Shown: piece after piece, positions 45,795-57,700 of the stretch | Layout of the letters: each line of letters begins with the position of its first letter | Numbering within the stretch: position 1 is the stretch's first letter | Source of the DNA: Narcine bancroftii | Lineage: Eukaryota | Direction: 5' to 3' | NCBI RefSeq assembly: GCF_036971445.1 | Contig: NC_091482.1 | Coordinates: forward strand, 27,094,001-27,158,000 | DNA length: 64,000 bases | The notes under the pieces: model-generated | What the model saw: the letters and a program-made list of their open reading frames with translations, nothing else | What the model was told of the DNA's origin: nothing | The model's database searches: none | Position numbers and translations under genes: made by a program

Positions 45795-48700
45795 GTAAGA
45801 GTAGGGGAGTGTCCGGAGCGAAGGCGATGTGGCTGCGGCGGAGCGGGGGGAGAACGGAAAAGGGGATCGAGTCGGATCAGGGCGGACTGGGGTCAGTGGA
45901 GGGGTTAGGGGAGAGTGGGATCAATGCAAAGGTTAGGAGACGGTGGGATTGGTGCATGGGTTAAGGGAGGGTGGGTTTAATGCATGGGTTAGGGGAGAGT
46001 GGGATTAATGCAAACGGTTAGGGGAGAGTGGGATTAATGCAAACGGTTAGGGGAGAGTGGGATTAATGCAAAGGTTAGGAGACGGTGGGATTGGTGCATG
46101 GGTTAAGGGAGGGTGGGTTTAATGCATGGGTTAGGGGAGAGTGGGATTAATGCAAAGGGTTAGGGGAGAGTGGGATTAATGCAAAGGTTAGGAGACGGTG
46201 GGATTGGTGCATGGGTTAAGGGAGGGTGGGTTTAATGCATGGGTTAGGGAAGAATGGGATTAATGCAAAGGGTTAGGGGAGAGTGGGATTAATGCAAAGG
46301 TTAGGAGACGGTGGGATTGGTGCATGGGTTAAGGGAGGGTGGGTTTAATGCATGGGTTAGGGGAGAGTGGGATTAATGCAAACGGTTAGGGGAGAGTGGG
46401 ATTAATGCAAACGGTTAGGGGAGAGTGGGATTAATGCAAAGGATTAGGGGAGGGTGGGATTAATGCAAACGGTTAGGGGAGGGTGGGATTAATGCAAAGG
46501 GTTAGGGGAGAGTGGGATTGATGCAAAGGTTAGGGGAGGGTGGGATTAATGCAAAGGATTAGGGGAGAGTGGGATTAATGCAAAGGGTTAGGGGAGAGTG
46601 GGATTAATGCAAAGGGTTAGGGGAGAGTGTGATTAATGCAAAGGTTAGGAGACGGTGGGATTGGTGCATGGGTTAAGGGAGGGTGGGTTTAATGCAAGGG
46701 TTAGGGGAGAGTGGGATTAATGCAAACAGTTAGGGGAGAGTGGGATTAATGCAAACAGTTAGGGGAGAGTGGGATTAATGCAAAAGGTTAGGGGAGAGTG
46801 GGATTAATGCAAAAGATTAGGGAAGGGTGGGATTAATGCAAAGGATTAGGGGAGGTTGGGATTAATGCAAAGGATTAGGTGAGAGTGGGATTAATGCAAA
46901 GGATTAGGGGAGGGTGGGATTAATGCAAAGGGTTAGGGGAAAGTGGGATTAATGCAAAGGGTTAGGGGAGAGTGGGATTAATGCAAAGGATTAGGGGAGA
47001 GTGGGATTAATGCAAAGGGTTAGGGGAGAGTGGGATTAATGCAAAGGATTAGGAGAGAGTGGGATTAAAGCAAAGGATTAGGGGAGAGTGGGATTAATGC
47101 AAGGAGTTAGGGGAGAGTGGGATTAATGCAAAGGATTAGGGGAGAGTGGTATTAATGCAAACGGTTAGGGGAGGGTGGGATTAATGCAAAGGATTAGGGG
47201 AGGGTGGGATTAATGCAAACGGTTAGGGGAGGGTGGGATTAATGCAAAGGGTTAGGGGAAAGTGGGATTAATGCAAAGGGTTAGGGGAGAGTGGGATTAA
47301 TGCAAAGGATTAGGGGAGAGTGGGATTAATGCAAAGGGTTAGGGGAGAGTGGGATTAATGCAAAGGATTAGGGGAGGGTGGGATTAATGCAAACGGTTAG
47401 GGGAGGGTGGGATTAATGCAAACGGTTAGGGGAGAGTGGGATTAATGCAAAGGATTAGGGGAGGGTGGGATTAATGCAAACGGTTAGGGGAGAGTGGGAT
47501 TAATGCAAAGGATTAGGGGAGAGTGGGATTAATGCAAAGGATTAGGGGAGAGTGGGATTAATGCAAAGGATTAGGGGAGAGTGGGATTAATGCAAAGGAT
47601 TAGGGGAGGGTGAGATTGATGCAAAGGTTAGGGGAGGGTGGGATTGGTGCATAGGTTAAGGGAGGGTGGGTTTAATGCAAGGGTTAGGGGAGAGTGGGGT
47701 TACTGCAAATGATTAGGGGAGAGTGGGATTAATGCAAAGGATTACGGGAGGGTGGGATTGATGCAAAGGTTAGGGGAGGGTGGGATTGGTGCATAGGTTA
47801 TGGGAAGGTGGGTTTAATGCAAACGGTTAGGGGAGAGTGGGATTAATGCATGCGGTTAGGGGAGAGTGGGATTAATGCAAACGGTTAGGGGAGAGTGGGA
47901 TTAATGCAAATGTTTAGGGGAGGATGGGATTGATGAAAAGGATTGGGGAGGGTGGGATTGATGCAAAGGTTAGGGGAGAGTGGGATTAATGCAAAGGGTT
48001 AGGGGAGAGTGGGATTAATGCAAAGGATTAGGAGAGAGTGGGATTAAAGCAAAGGATTAGGGGAGAGTGGGATTAATGCAAAGGGTTCGGGGAGAGTGGG
48101 ATTAATGCAAAGTATTAGGGGAGAGTGGTATTAATGCAAATGGTTAGGGGAGGGTGGGATTAATGCAAACGGTTAGGGGAGGGTGGGATTAATGCAAACG
48201 GTTAGGGGAGGGTGGGATTAATGCAAACGGTTAGGGGAGAGTGGGATTAATGCAAAGGATTAGGGGAGAGTGGGATTATTGCAAAGGATTAGGGGAGGGT
48301 GGGATTGATGCAAAGGTTAGGGGAGGGTGGGATTGGTGCATAGGTTAAGGGAGGGTGGGTTTAATGCAAGGGTTAGGGGAGAGTGGGATTAATGCAAAGG
48401 ATTAGGGGAGGGTGGGATTGATGCAAAGGTTAGGGGAGGGTGGGATTGGTGCATAGGTTATGGGAAGGTGGGTTTAATGCAAGGGTTAGGCGAGAGTGGG
48501 ATTAATGCAAACGGTTGGGGAAAGTGGGATTAATGCAAACGGTTAGGGGAGAGTTGGATTAATGCAAACGTTTAGGGGAGGATGGGATTGATGCAAAGGA
48601 TTAGGGGAGGGTGGGATTGATGCAAAGGTTAGGAGAGGGTGGGATTGATGCAAAGGTTAGGGGAGGGTGGGATTGATGCAAAGGTTAGGGGAGGGTGGGA

Positions 48701-51700
48701 TTGATGCAAAGGTTAGGGGAGGGTGGGATAGGTGCATAGGTTAAGGGAGGGTGGGTTTAATACAAGGGTTATGGGAGAGTGGGATTAATGCAAAAGGTTA
48801 GGGGAGAGTGGGATTAATGCAAACAGTTAGGGGAGAGTGGGATTAATGCAAAGGATTACGGGAGGGTGGTATTGATGCAAAGGTTAGGGGTGGGTGGGAT
48901 TGGTGCATAGGTTAAGAGAGGGTGGGTTTAATGCAAACGGTTAGGGGAGAGTGGGATTAATGCAAATGGTTAGGGGAGAGTGAGATTAATGCAAACGGTT
49001 AGGGAAGAGTGGGATTAATGCAAATGGTTAGGGGAGAGTGGGATTAAAGCAAAGGATTAGGGGAGGGTGGGGTTGATGCAAAGGTTAGGGGAGGGTGGGA
49101 TTGGTGCATAGGTTAAGGGAGGGTGCGTTTAATGCAAGGGTTAGGGGAGAGTGGGATTAATGCAAAAGGTTAGGGGAGAGTGGGATTCATGCAAAGGATT
49201 AGGGGAGAGTGGGATTGATGCAAAGTTTAGGGGAGGGTGGGATTGGTGCATAGGTTAAGGGAGGGTGGGTTTAATGCAAGGGTTAGGGGAGAGTGGGATT
49301 AATGCAAATGGTTAGGGTAGAGTGGGATTAATGCAAAGGATTAGGGGAGAGTGGGATTGTTGCAAGGGTTAGGGGAGAATGGGATCAATGCAAAGGTTAG
49401 GTGATGGTGGGATTGGTGCATGGGTTATGGGAGGGTGTGATCAATGCAAGGGTTAGGGGAGAGTGGGATTGATGCAAAGGGTTAGGGGAGAATGGGATCA
49501 ATGCAAAGGTTATGGGACAGTGGGATTGGTGCATGGGTTAAGGGAGGGTGGGATTGATGCAAGGGTTAGGGGAGAGTGGGATTGATGCAAGGGTTTGGGA
49601 GACAGTGGGATTGATGAAAGGGTTAGGGCACAGTGGGTTTGATGCAAGGGTTAGGGCACAGTGGGATTGATGCAAGGGTTAGGGCACAGTGGGATTGATG
49701 CAAGGGTTAGGGCACAGTGGGATTGATGCAAGGGTTAGGGCACAGTGGGATTGATGCAAGGGTTAGGGCACAGTGGGATTGATGCAAGGGTTAGGGCACA
49801 GTGGGATTGATGCAAGGGTTAGGGCACAGTGGGATTGATGCAAGGGTTAGGGCACAGTGGGATTGATGCAAGGGTTAGGGCACAGTGGGATTGATGCAGG
49901 ACTTAGGGCACAGTGGGATTGATGCAGGGTTGAGAGCACAGTGGAACTGATGCAGGGTTGAGAGCACAGTGGAACTGATGCAGGGGTTGGGTGAATGTGG
50001 CATTAATGCAGGGGTTGGGGCAGAGTGGGATTAATGAAGGGATTGGGGGAAGAGCAGGATTTGAGCAGGTGTTGGGGCAAAGTAGGATTGATCCAGGGGT
50101 GAGGGAAGAATAGGATTAATGCAGGTGTCAGGGCACAGTGGCAATAATGCAGGGGTTGGGGCACAGTATGATTATTGTAGTGTTTGGGGCAGAGTGGGAT
50201 TAGAGCAGAGGTTGGAGCAGAGTGGGATTATTGTAATGATTGGGGCAGAAGGATTAGTGCAGGGTTTGGGGCATAGTGCGGTTGGAGCAGAGTGGGACTA
50301 GTGCAGTGATTGGGGTCAGAATGGGATTAGTGCAGCGTTTTGGGATAGTGGGATTAGAGTAGGGGTTGGAGGAGATTGGTATTAATGCAGGATTTGGGGG
50401 AGTGATATTAATCCAGGGCTTGGCTATTAGGATTAATGCAGGAGTTGAGGAGTGAGATTAATGCAGCGGTTAGGGGAGTGGGATTAAGGCTGTGATTTGG
50501 GCAGTGAATTTTGCACAAGGATTGGGGCATATTAGGATCTATAAAGTTGAAGAAAGTGATTTAGCATTCATTAAAATAAAAGGTAAAAATGCTTGAAACA
50601 TTTGGATGGTCAGTAATATTCATGGAGAGATGGCATTGATATTCCTGGATTTTGCTTGATCTGGAGCCACACTATATTTTCTCCCTAATAACTCAAAATC
50701 TCTGCTCCATCACTGATGTTTCGAAGGTCTGCACTTAGCATACTCCTTGATAATCAAAGAGATTTTAAATAGTTGGGATTTGTTTGAATGAGCAGAAAAC
50801 TACTTATTTAATTAAAACAGTGAAATAAAATAAGATTCTACAGCTCTGACCAGAGTAAAGATTAGTGCCAGATGAAATGTGGATCTGGCCCTTCATTCTC
50901 ACTAAACTGCAGAATGTCCCAAGACTCGATGGTGAGTGGAGGGAATGTTCCTCCATCTAATTTCAGGCAATCCCATTTTTCAGTGCTGCAGTGTGGAGAA
51001 GTGAAAGCCTGGAACAAGCTGACATGCATGTTGCAACTTTTGGGCAGCTTTCTTTGGAACTGCGGAGTAGCTAGCCAGCGTGATCGATCCCATTTCATCA
51101 GACAGATACTGACGTGAAATTTTAACTCTGTTCCTCTCTCTCCCAGATTCTGCCTGACCTCTATCGTGTATTTACTGTAGTGTTTTTGTTAATAGACCAC
51201 ACAGCATTTTTTTTATTATTGGAGAATGAAATTAATGTACCTGGTATAGATTATAGGGATTGTTGTAGGGTCTGAGGGAGGAACAATTTAGAATGATTTT
51301 GGCTCAAATCTTGCTGGAAAATACCAGAATTCTATGGAAAATTGATGGAATGTATCCATTTGTGAATGCTTGCTGTTTCTATGTAAATTTTTAAAATATA
51401 TAATTTAAAAAAATTAAAATCTCGTGCTCTGGTACATGTCGAGCACATGAACTTGATGTTCATGCTGCACTTGCTTTCTCCAACTTATTTCTCAATACAG
51501 GATCGAGAACTCTTCATTTAATGAGAAATTTACACCTACAAAGTAGAAGTATAAGAATAACTTTTTAAATTGGGCTAAGTTTTAAATCTATTTTAAAATA
51601 GTTCATTTTTGTTAGTCTTTGAATGCTTCCATAAGTGGAGGGGGGGGGGGGGGGGCATTTTGAAAGATCAACAGAGAACAGTGTTTGCTGTAAAAAGGGG

Positions 51701-54700
51701 TTTCCTTCGTAGTTTTATGGGTGGAACACATTGTGGCCAACCATTTACATCACTAATACGTTGCAAAGTTCATGCCAGGGAGAGTTTTGCTAATTGAACA
51801 TGGAGAGTGAGAGACAAATTGACATCTGAGCAGTGACTGCAGGTGGAGGGCCCCATTTGGCAAGATCTATAGGGATATTTATCATTATCAATTAGGTACT
51901 TTTAACTTGCAGCCAGAGTTATTAGGCAGGCCACCAGTTTCATGAGAGTTAAACAAATTTTAAAAAAACCAAGTTTCATCAATGTGAGTTGTATATCTTT
52001 ATTGACATTTGATGATTAATTATGAGCTTGGGCGCTGATAATATTTCTCTTTTTGTTCACCTGAGTGATTAGTTGGACATTTTAACTTCTTTTTGAAAAG
52101 GCGGGAACTCCAAAAGTACGGCATTTCCAGAGCCCACCTAGTCTCAGCAGTGAGGGACTTGCATAATTTGATTTGAGATGAGACTGTTACTAATGCCCCA
52201 GTGGTTATGAAGATTAATGGTCAAGACCAATGGTCAAAGGTTAAGCGGACAATAGTTGTGTTATGCCCCTTGACAGTGGAAAACTTGAGAAGACTGTTTT
52301 GGGGTGGCATCTTACTTGAGGTACTGGAAATGGCAAAAGCTGATCCATTAAATTATGCCTTAGTGGAAGAAGAGAATGTAGTTCTGGAAGGGAGTGGGAG
52401 GGTAGGGTCAGAGCACAAGTGACTAAAATGGAACATGTGTGGGTAAGGGCCCTTTTAACAAGGGTGAAGTCATTGATTGAGATCAGAGGGAGATATGTTG
52501 GAAGTCCTGGCATTTGTTAGTGGTACATTAAGTATTCAATATTGTTCTTAATTCTAAAATTGTCCAAAGTGTAGAGCATGGGACCTATTTCTGGAATTCA
52601 AATCAGCTTAATTCTTTTTATTTGTTGGTTTCAATTGTAAAAGCTGAAGTGGGAGAGGGGTGTCGTGAGCAGAAGAGGTTCTGTGACTGATGAGGATTGA
52701 AAATACTTTTCTTGGGATTGTTGTATATACAGTCTTCTTTGGCTTGGCTTCACGGACGAAGATTTATGGAGGGGGTAAATGTCCACGTCAGCTGCAGGCT
52801 CGTTTGTGGCTGACAAGTCCGATGCGGGACAGGCAGACACGGTTGCAGCGGTTGCAGGGGAAAATTGGTTGGTTGGGGTTGAGTGTTGGGTTTTTCCTCC
52901 TTTGCCTTTTGTCAGTGAGGTGGGCTCTGCGGTCTTCTTCAAAGGAGGTTGCTGCCCGCCAAACTGTGAGGCGCCAAGATGCACGGTTTGAGGCGATATC
53001 AGCCCACTGGCAGTGGTCAATGTGGCAGGCACCAAGAGATTTCTTCAGGCAGTCCTTGTACCTTTTCTTTGGTGCACCTCTGTCACGGTGGCCAGTGGAG
53101 AGCTCGCCATATAACACGATCTTGGGAAGGCGATGGTCCTCCATTCTGGAGACGTGACCCACCCAGCGCAGCTAAGTCACAAAGACCAGATCTGTAGCTT
53201 TTGACTCGGGTATCATATCATGTAGTCCATAAAGCGAAAAAGTTTACACAATCTCATCTTGTATGATAAAGGAGACATTGCTTTCATGCATCAGCACAAA
53301 GGAGACAGGTTTAATCTTGCCTATAAATTATGCAAGAGTGAGACAGGAACAGAAAGAGAAGTTGGCCAGGTCACTGGACATGTGAAAGTATACTGATGGG
53401 AAGATGGAATGACGAGAGCAATTTGTGCAAACAACTCTCCATCTGATTTTATGCCTTTTTCCATTTTTGGTTTATCCTGCCTCTTGGTAGGTTTGGATGG
53501 GGTTAACTTCTGTAATAAATTTGGATTAATCAAAAGATTAAGGGCTTTACATAGCGAGGCATTTAATCATACTTTTATTTTTTTCTTATAAAGTATATGG
53601 CTTCAGCGGGTCACCCCAACAGCACTCTTCCCTCAACATGTTTTGCATCCTGATTCTACCCCCAAGCAAAATGTCATCGAGATGTCTACGTTGAACACCT
53701 TGACGTCAGAAAATGTCTCTGGTAAGTTGCAGCCTGATATGGTTTGCTCTGAAATTGGCTACAGCGTGGGAGTATAAAGTAATCAGACATTCAATCTAGT
53801 GAAATAAAAGTAGAAAATATTGGAAATTGTTGGTTATGCAGAATCTGTAGTGAGAAAGAAAGTGCTGCAGGAGGATGAGGCTTTATCAGAACTTGGAAAA
53901 AGTTGGGAATGCAGAGGAAGAAAAAATATGGCCCGTGGAGGGCAAGTGGGTGGCACAGTGTAGCAGAGTGTTTAGTGAAACACCATTACAGAGCCAGCGA
54001 CCCAGGTTGGAATACAGTGTTGTTTGTAAGTTCTCCCTATGACTGCATGGGTTTCCTCCCACCCTTCAAAACATGCAGCATTGTAGGTTAATTTGGGTGT
54101 AATTGTCAGCTCAGGTTTAAATGGCTGGAATTAGTTTCTACCGTGTTGTAAATAAAAATGTTATCATTTTAAAAATAGTGATGGGGTAAGGCTAAGTAAA
54201 GAACTAAAAATAGTCTAGTGGACGTTTAAACAGAATTGACCAAAATTAATTCCAAAAAGCTGTAACATTTCTCATCTAAATATTGGGTGACTTTGTTTGA
54301 GGTGGGCATGGTGATGAGAGGGTGAATTAAAATGATGGGTGGTTGTGATATTGAATGGAGGTGCCATGCAAAGAAAGGTGGCAAATATGCATTTGTTTCT
54401 CGAATGTAAGAGCCAAATATAATACTTCAAAAATTGCATGCAAGTAAGGTATATTTGACATCCTTCATTCTTTGCATGGCCACACTGAAGTATTTTATAT
54501 AAATCTCTCATTGTCCTTAGTAAAAAAATTTTTTCTCAATCTTGCAGATAATTTTCGGACAGACGACCAAGAAGAGGTTGTAGTGGGTTGGCAGGAGAAG
54601 TTATTCAGTCAGGTAGCTTGTTCTTCAAACTCCCATGAGCAGGGGTGATTATTTCTGACACATCTCTTTCAGACATAATGCAAAATACTTGAGTTTATAC

Positions 54701-57700
54701 CTTAGTCTGTTGAATAATTTTTAAAAGCAAATGACCGTAGCTCTCTTATTTGGGGTAGCCCAATCAAACCTCCAGGTGCACAAAAATCAAATGGCACAAA
54801 CCATACAACTCTTGGTAATAGTTAAATAATTTGTCTGCAGTGTAGAAACTCATGTTATAGGTGCCAGTAAAATGATGTTTTATTACGGGCAGAATGAAGA
54901 TAATTTTGGTGGCCTTTTCTATCTAAAGAGTTTTGTAACCATTCTACCAATGGTGTTGAACAGTGGAAATAGAAATAGATTTGTTTCAACGGCTTCTGTG
55001 AAGCTAATTTAAAAACCTTTCTTTACCTGTACATGGCTGCTAATTTCATCACATGGCCAGAAAGCAGAAATGCTAGGAGGTCCTCAGCTGGAGAATATTG
55101 GAGAGAAGGAAGGATTGGCTTGTGGACGAAAACCTAAAATAACTACTTTTAATTCTAGTTTGAAATTGACCTGTTCAGGAATGAACATGCCTGCCAGAGT
55201 CCACTGGACTATCAATACCGTAACGAGATCCTACGCCTGGAGGAATCCGAAGAGAGGAGGAATCGCAGGATCTTTACCTACACTGACTTTGACCGCTACA
55301 CCAACACTGAAGAGGTACTAAATCTGATCACTCTCTTTCTTACATTAAACAAAAACCTGCGCTATACGCTGGAGAAACTCAGAAGATCACGCAGCAACCT
55401 TAGGAAGTAAAAGGAAACCAATAGCCCTTTTTATAGTGGTTTTTAAAAAAAAGCGAATGTAAAGGCAGATATTCTCCACCTTCACATTGCTGCACCTACC
55501 TTTGTAAAAACGCCAATGGTGAATGCTGGATGTGGACTCTGATCCTTCTAAGGGGGGTAGTCCCATAGGTGGAGAGAGTCGCTTTACCTCACTCCATAAA
55601 GGCTCGTGGTGACATCATCAACCCATGACCTAAGAGCACCAATAGGGCTCCCACAGTGATTGGTGCTTGGGTTAGGGCTCCCTCCTGCCATCCAGAAGTG
55701 TCCTCTTTCTGCTCCCCCTCTGCCCCTGGCTCCTTCTTCGAGCCGAGCTGGAAGGAGGCAGACAAGGGTGCGGCAGAGCCTGGCTGGGTGACTCTTTTGT
55801 TTTAATGCAGGACCAATGACCGTCTTCATTTCCTATAATCCCCCATACAGCTGGAACCACTCTGTGTTTCCCAGAGCGGTTCCTGCTGCGTGGGGGATTA
55901 TGAATAACGAAGACGCCCATTGTTTGGCGCGAATGTTTGACCTCATGGCGACGGCTGGTGCCACTGCACCACTCGCCCTGTCTCCCTCAGCTCCAGAGGA
56001 CGCTCCTGAAGCCGCTCTCCATAAAAGCAATGCTCCTTGTGGGCCTTCTCCATAAAAGGTAGGTCTGCCGCTTTTTACCTCATTCAGCCAGCTGCAACGC
56101 GGCGTCGCTCCATAAAAAGGACTAGTGTTTTGGGCCTGAGCCCTTCATCTGGAAAAGCAGGTAGATAGCTGAATAACAAAGAGGTAGAGGGAGGGGAGTG
56201 GTGGAGAGGAGAAGGGGAGAAGCACAGGTTAAAAGGTAAGAGATGTGGATGGATTCAGGTAGGTGGGTAGAGGGGAAAAAGGCTGAGATATGATGGGGAG
56301 AGGTCAGAGGTCTATCAAGGCTAGTACTCTGATTAGACAAAGAAGGGAAGGGGGTGGGAAAGGAAATAGAGAGACTGCAGGAGGACTTTAACAGAAATTG
56401 GAGGTCGCTATTTGTGCTGTCTGGTTAGAGATCGCCAAGACAGAATATAGGGCAGGGTGGCCAATCATTTTTGGTTGGCCACACACAGAAAGATATAAGG
56501 AGACTCATGGGCCAAATAATATTAAGCTTGGCAGTAATATGTGCTCACATATTACAGTAAGCATTTTTGTATCTGCTGCTCTTAAATTTAAATGAATACA
56601 ATAAAACTCCCATTCAAAAAGCAGCGCAAAGGAAAAAGCTGGGTGCAAAATAAGAACAGGAGAAGAGATCAAGAAAGGGACGAGGCTGTCTCCAACATTC
56701 CTCCACATCTCTCAGTGAATGCAGTTCGTGGTCCAAGTGTCCACCTTAATGATTACGATGCAATGTGTAAATCTGGAGATAGGTCATTAAAGTTAACAGA
56801 TTCCTTGCAGATCAAACAAACACACTTCCCCTTGACTTCTGTGAAAAAAATATTCATTTTCCAATGTGTCTGAAATTTTCGACACTCTCTTGCTATTTTC
56901 CATTTTTTTTCAGTTCTGCCATGTTTAATCAACTGAGGTAAACATTTTCATTGATTAGTAACCTATCAACAGTCAATCTAATAGTTGTTCAAAATTGCAA
57001 TGGCATCTAGTGTTGAAACTAAGAGGAGCTATTTAGTTGCCCTGGAGACCATAGTTTAGCCACCACTGATGTAGGGTGTTCCTCCAATTTGCAGGTGACC
57101 TCAGTTTGGCAGTACATGAGGCCATGGATTGTTTTGCTGCATCAAATACCAGATTCTTTATTCAAACACACACTAGTGAACTGGTGCGGACTCGAAAGGC
57201 CGACATGGCCTGTTTCCGCTCCGTAAATGGTTATATGGTTGCAGCAGACAGAGCCAAGGTGCTCTCCTTCTTGCTGTTTAAACTTTCAAGGAAGACTTTA
57301 ATTGGAGTCTTGAACTTCCTGTTCTTTACAAACCACAATTGAATGCCTGCAGATCTGGGAACCTGTGGGTTTGCTGCTCCTTAGGAGGACAAGAACAGTA
57401 GCTTCAGAAAGGCCAATTAATTGGGTCCATGCTCAGCTCAGACACCAGTACTGTCTACTGGACAGTAGACCAGTGGTTCTCAATCTTTTTCTTGCCACTC
57501 ACATTCCACCTTAAGCAATCCCTATGGCATGGGGATTACTTAAAGTGGTATGTGAGTGGCAAGAAAAAGGCTGAGAACCACTGCAGACTATCTAGTTATG
57601 AAGTTAATGATCAATTATTATTGTGTTAAATAGTGAACTTTTCAGCAATTGTAAATAAATACAGAAATATTTATTGTGGTCTTGTTCCTGGGTAACATGT

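Noticed and set aside
45900-50490. True telomere or interstitial telomeric array
   Set aside because: TTAGGG occurs once per 28-bp unit, not as tandem hexamers.
51490-51545. Acceptor-like site in MKS1 intron 1
   Set aside because: In-frame stop follows, there is no clear donor, and exons 1 and 2 already join in phase.
56125-56152. Minimal hammerhead-ribozyme-like motif in Penelope termini (also ~15160-15185, ~62510-62535)
   Set aside because: Catalytic core is mutated in these copies (CAGATGA..AAAA instead of CTGATGA..GAAA). Decayed TE ends.
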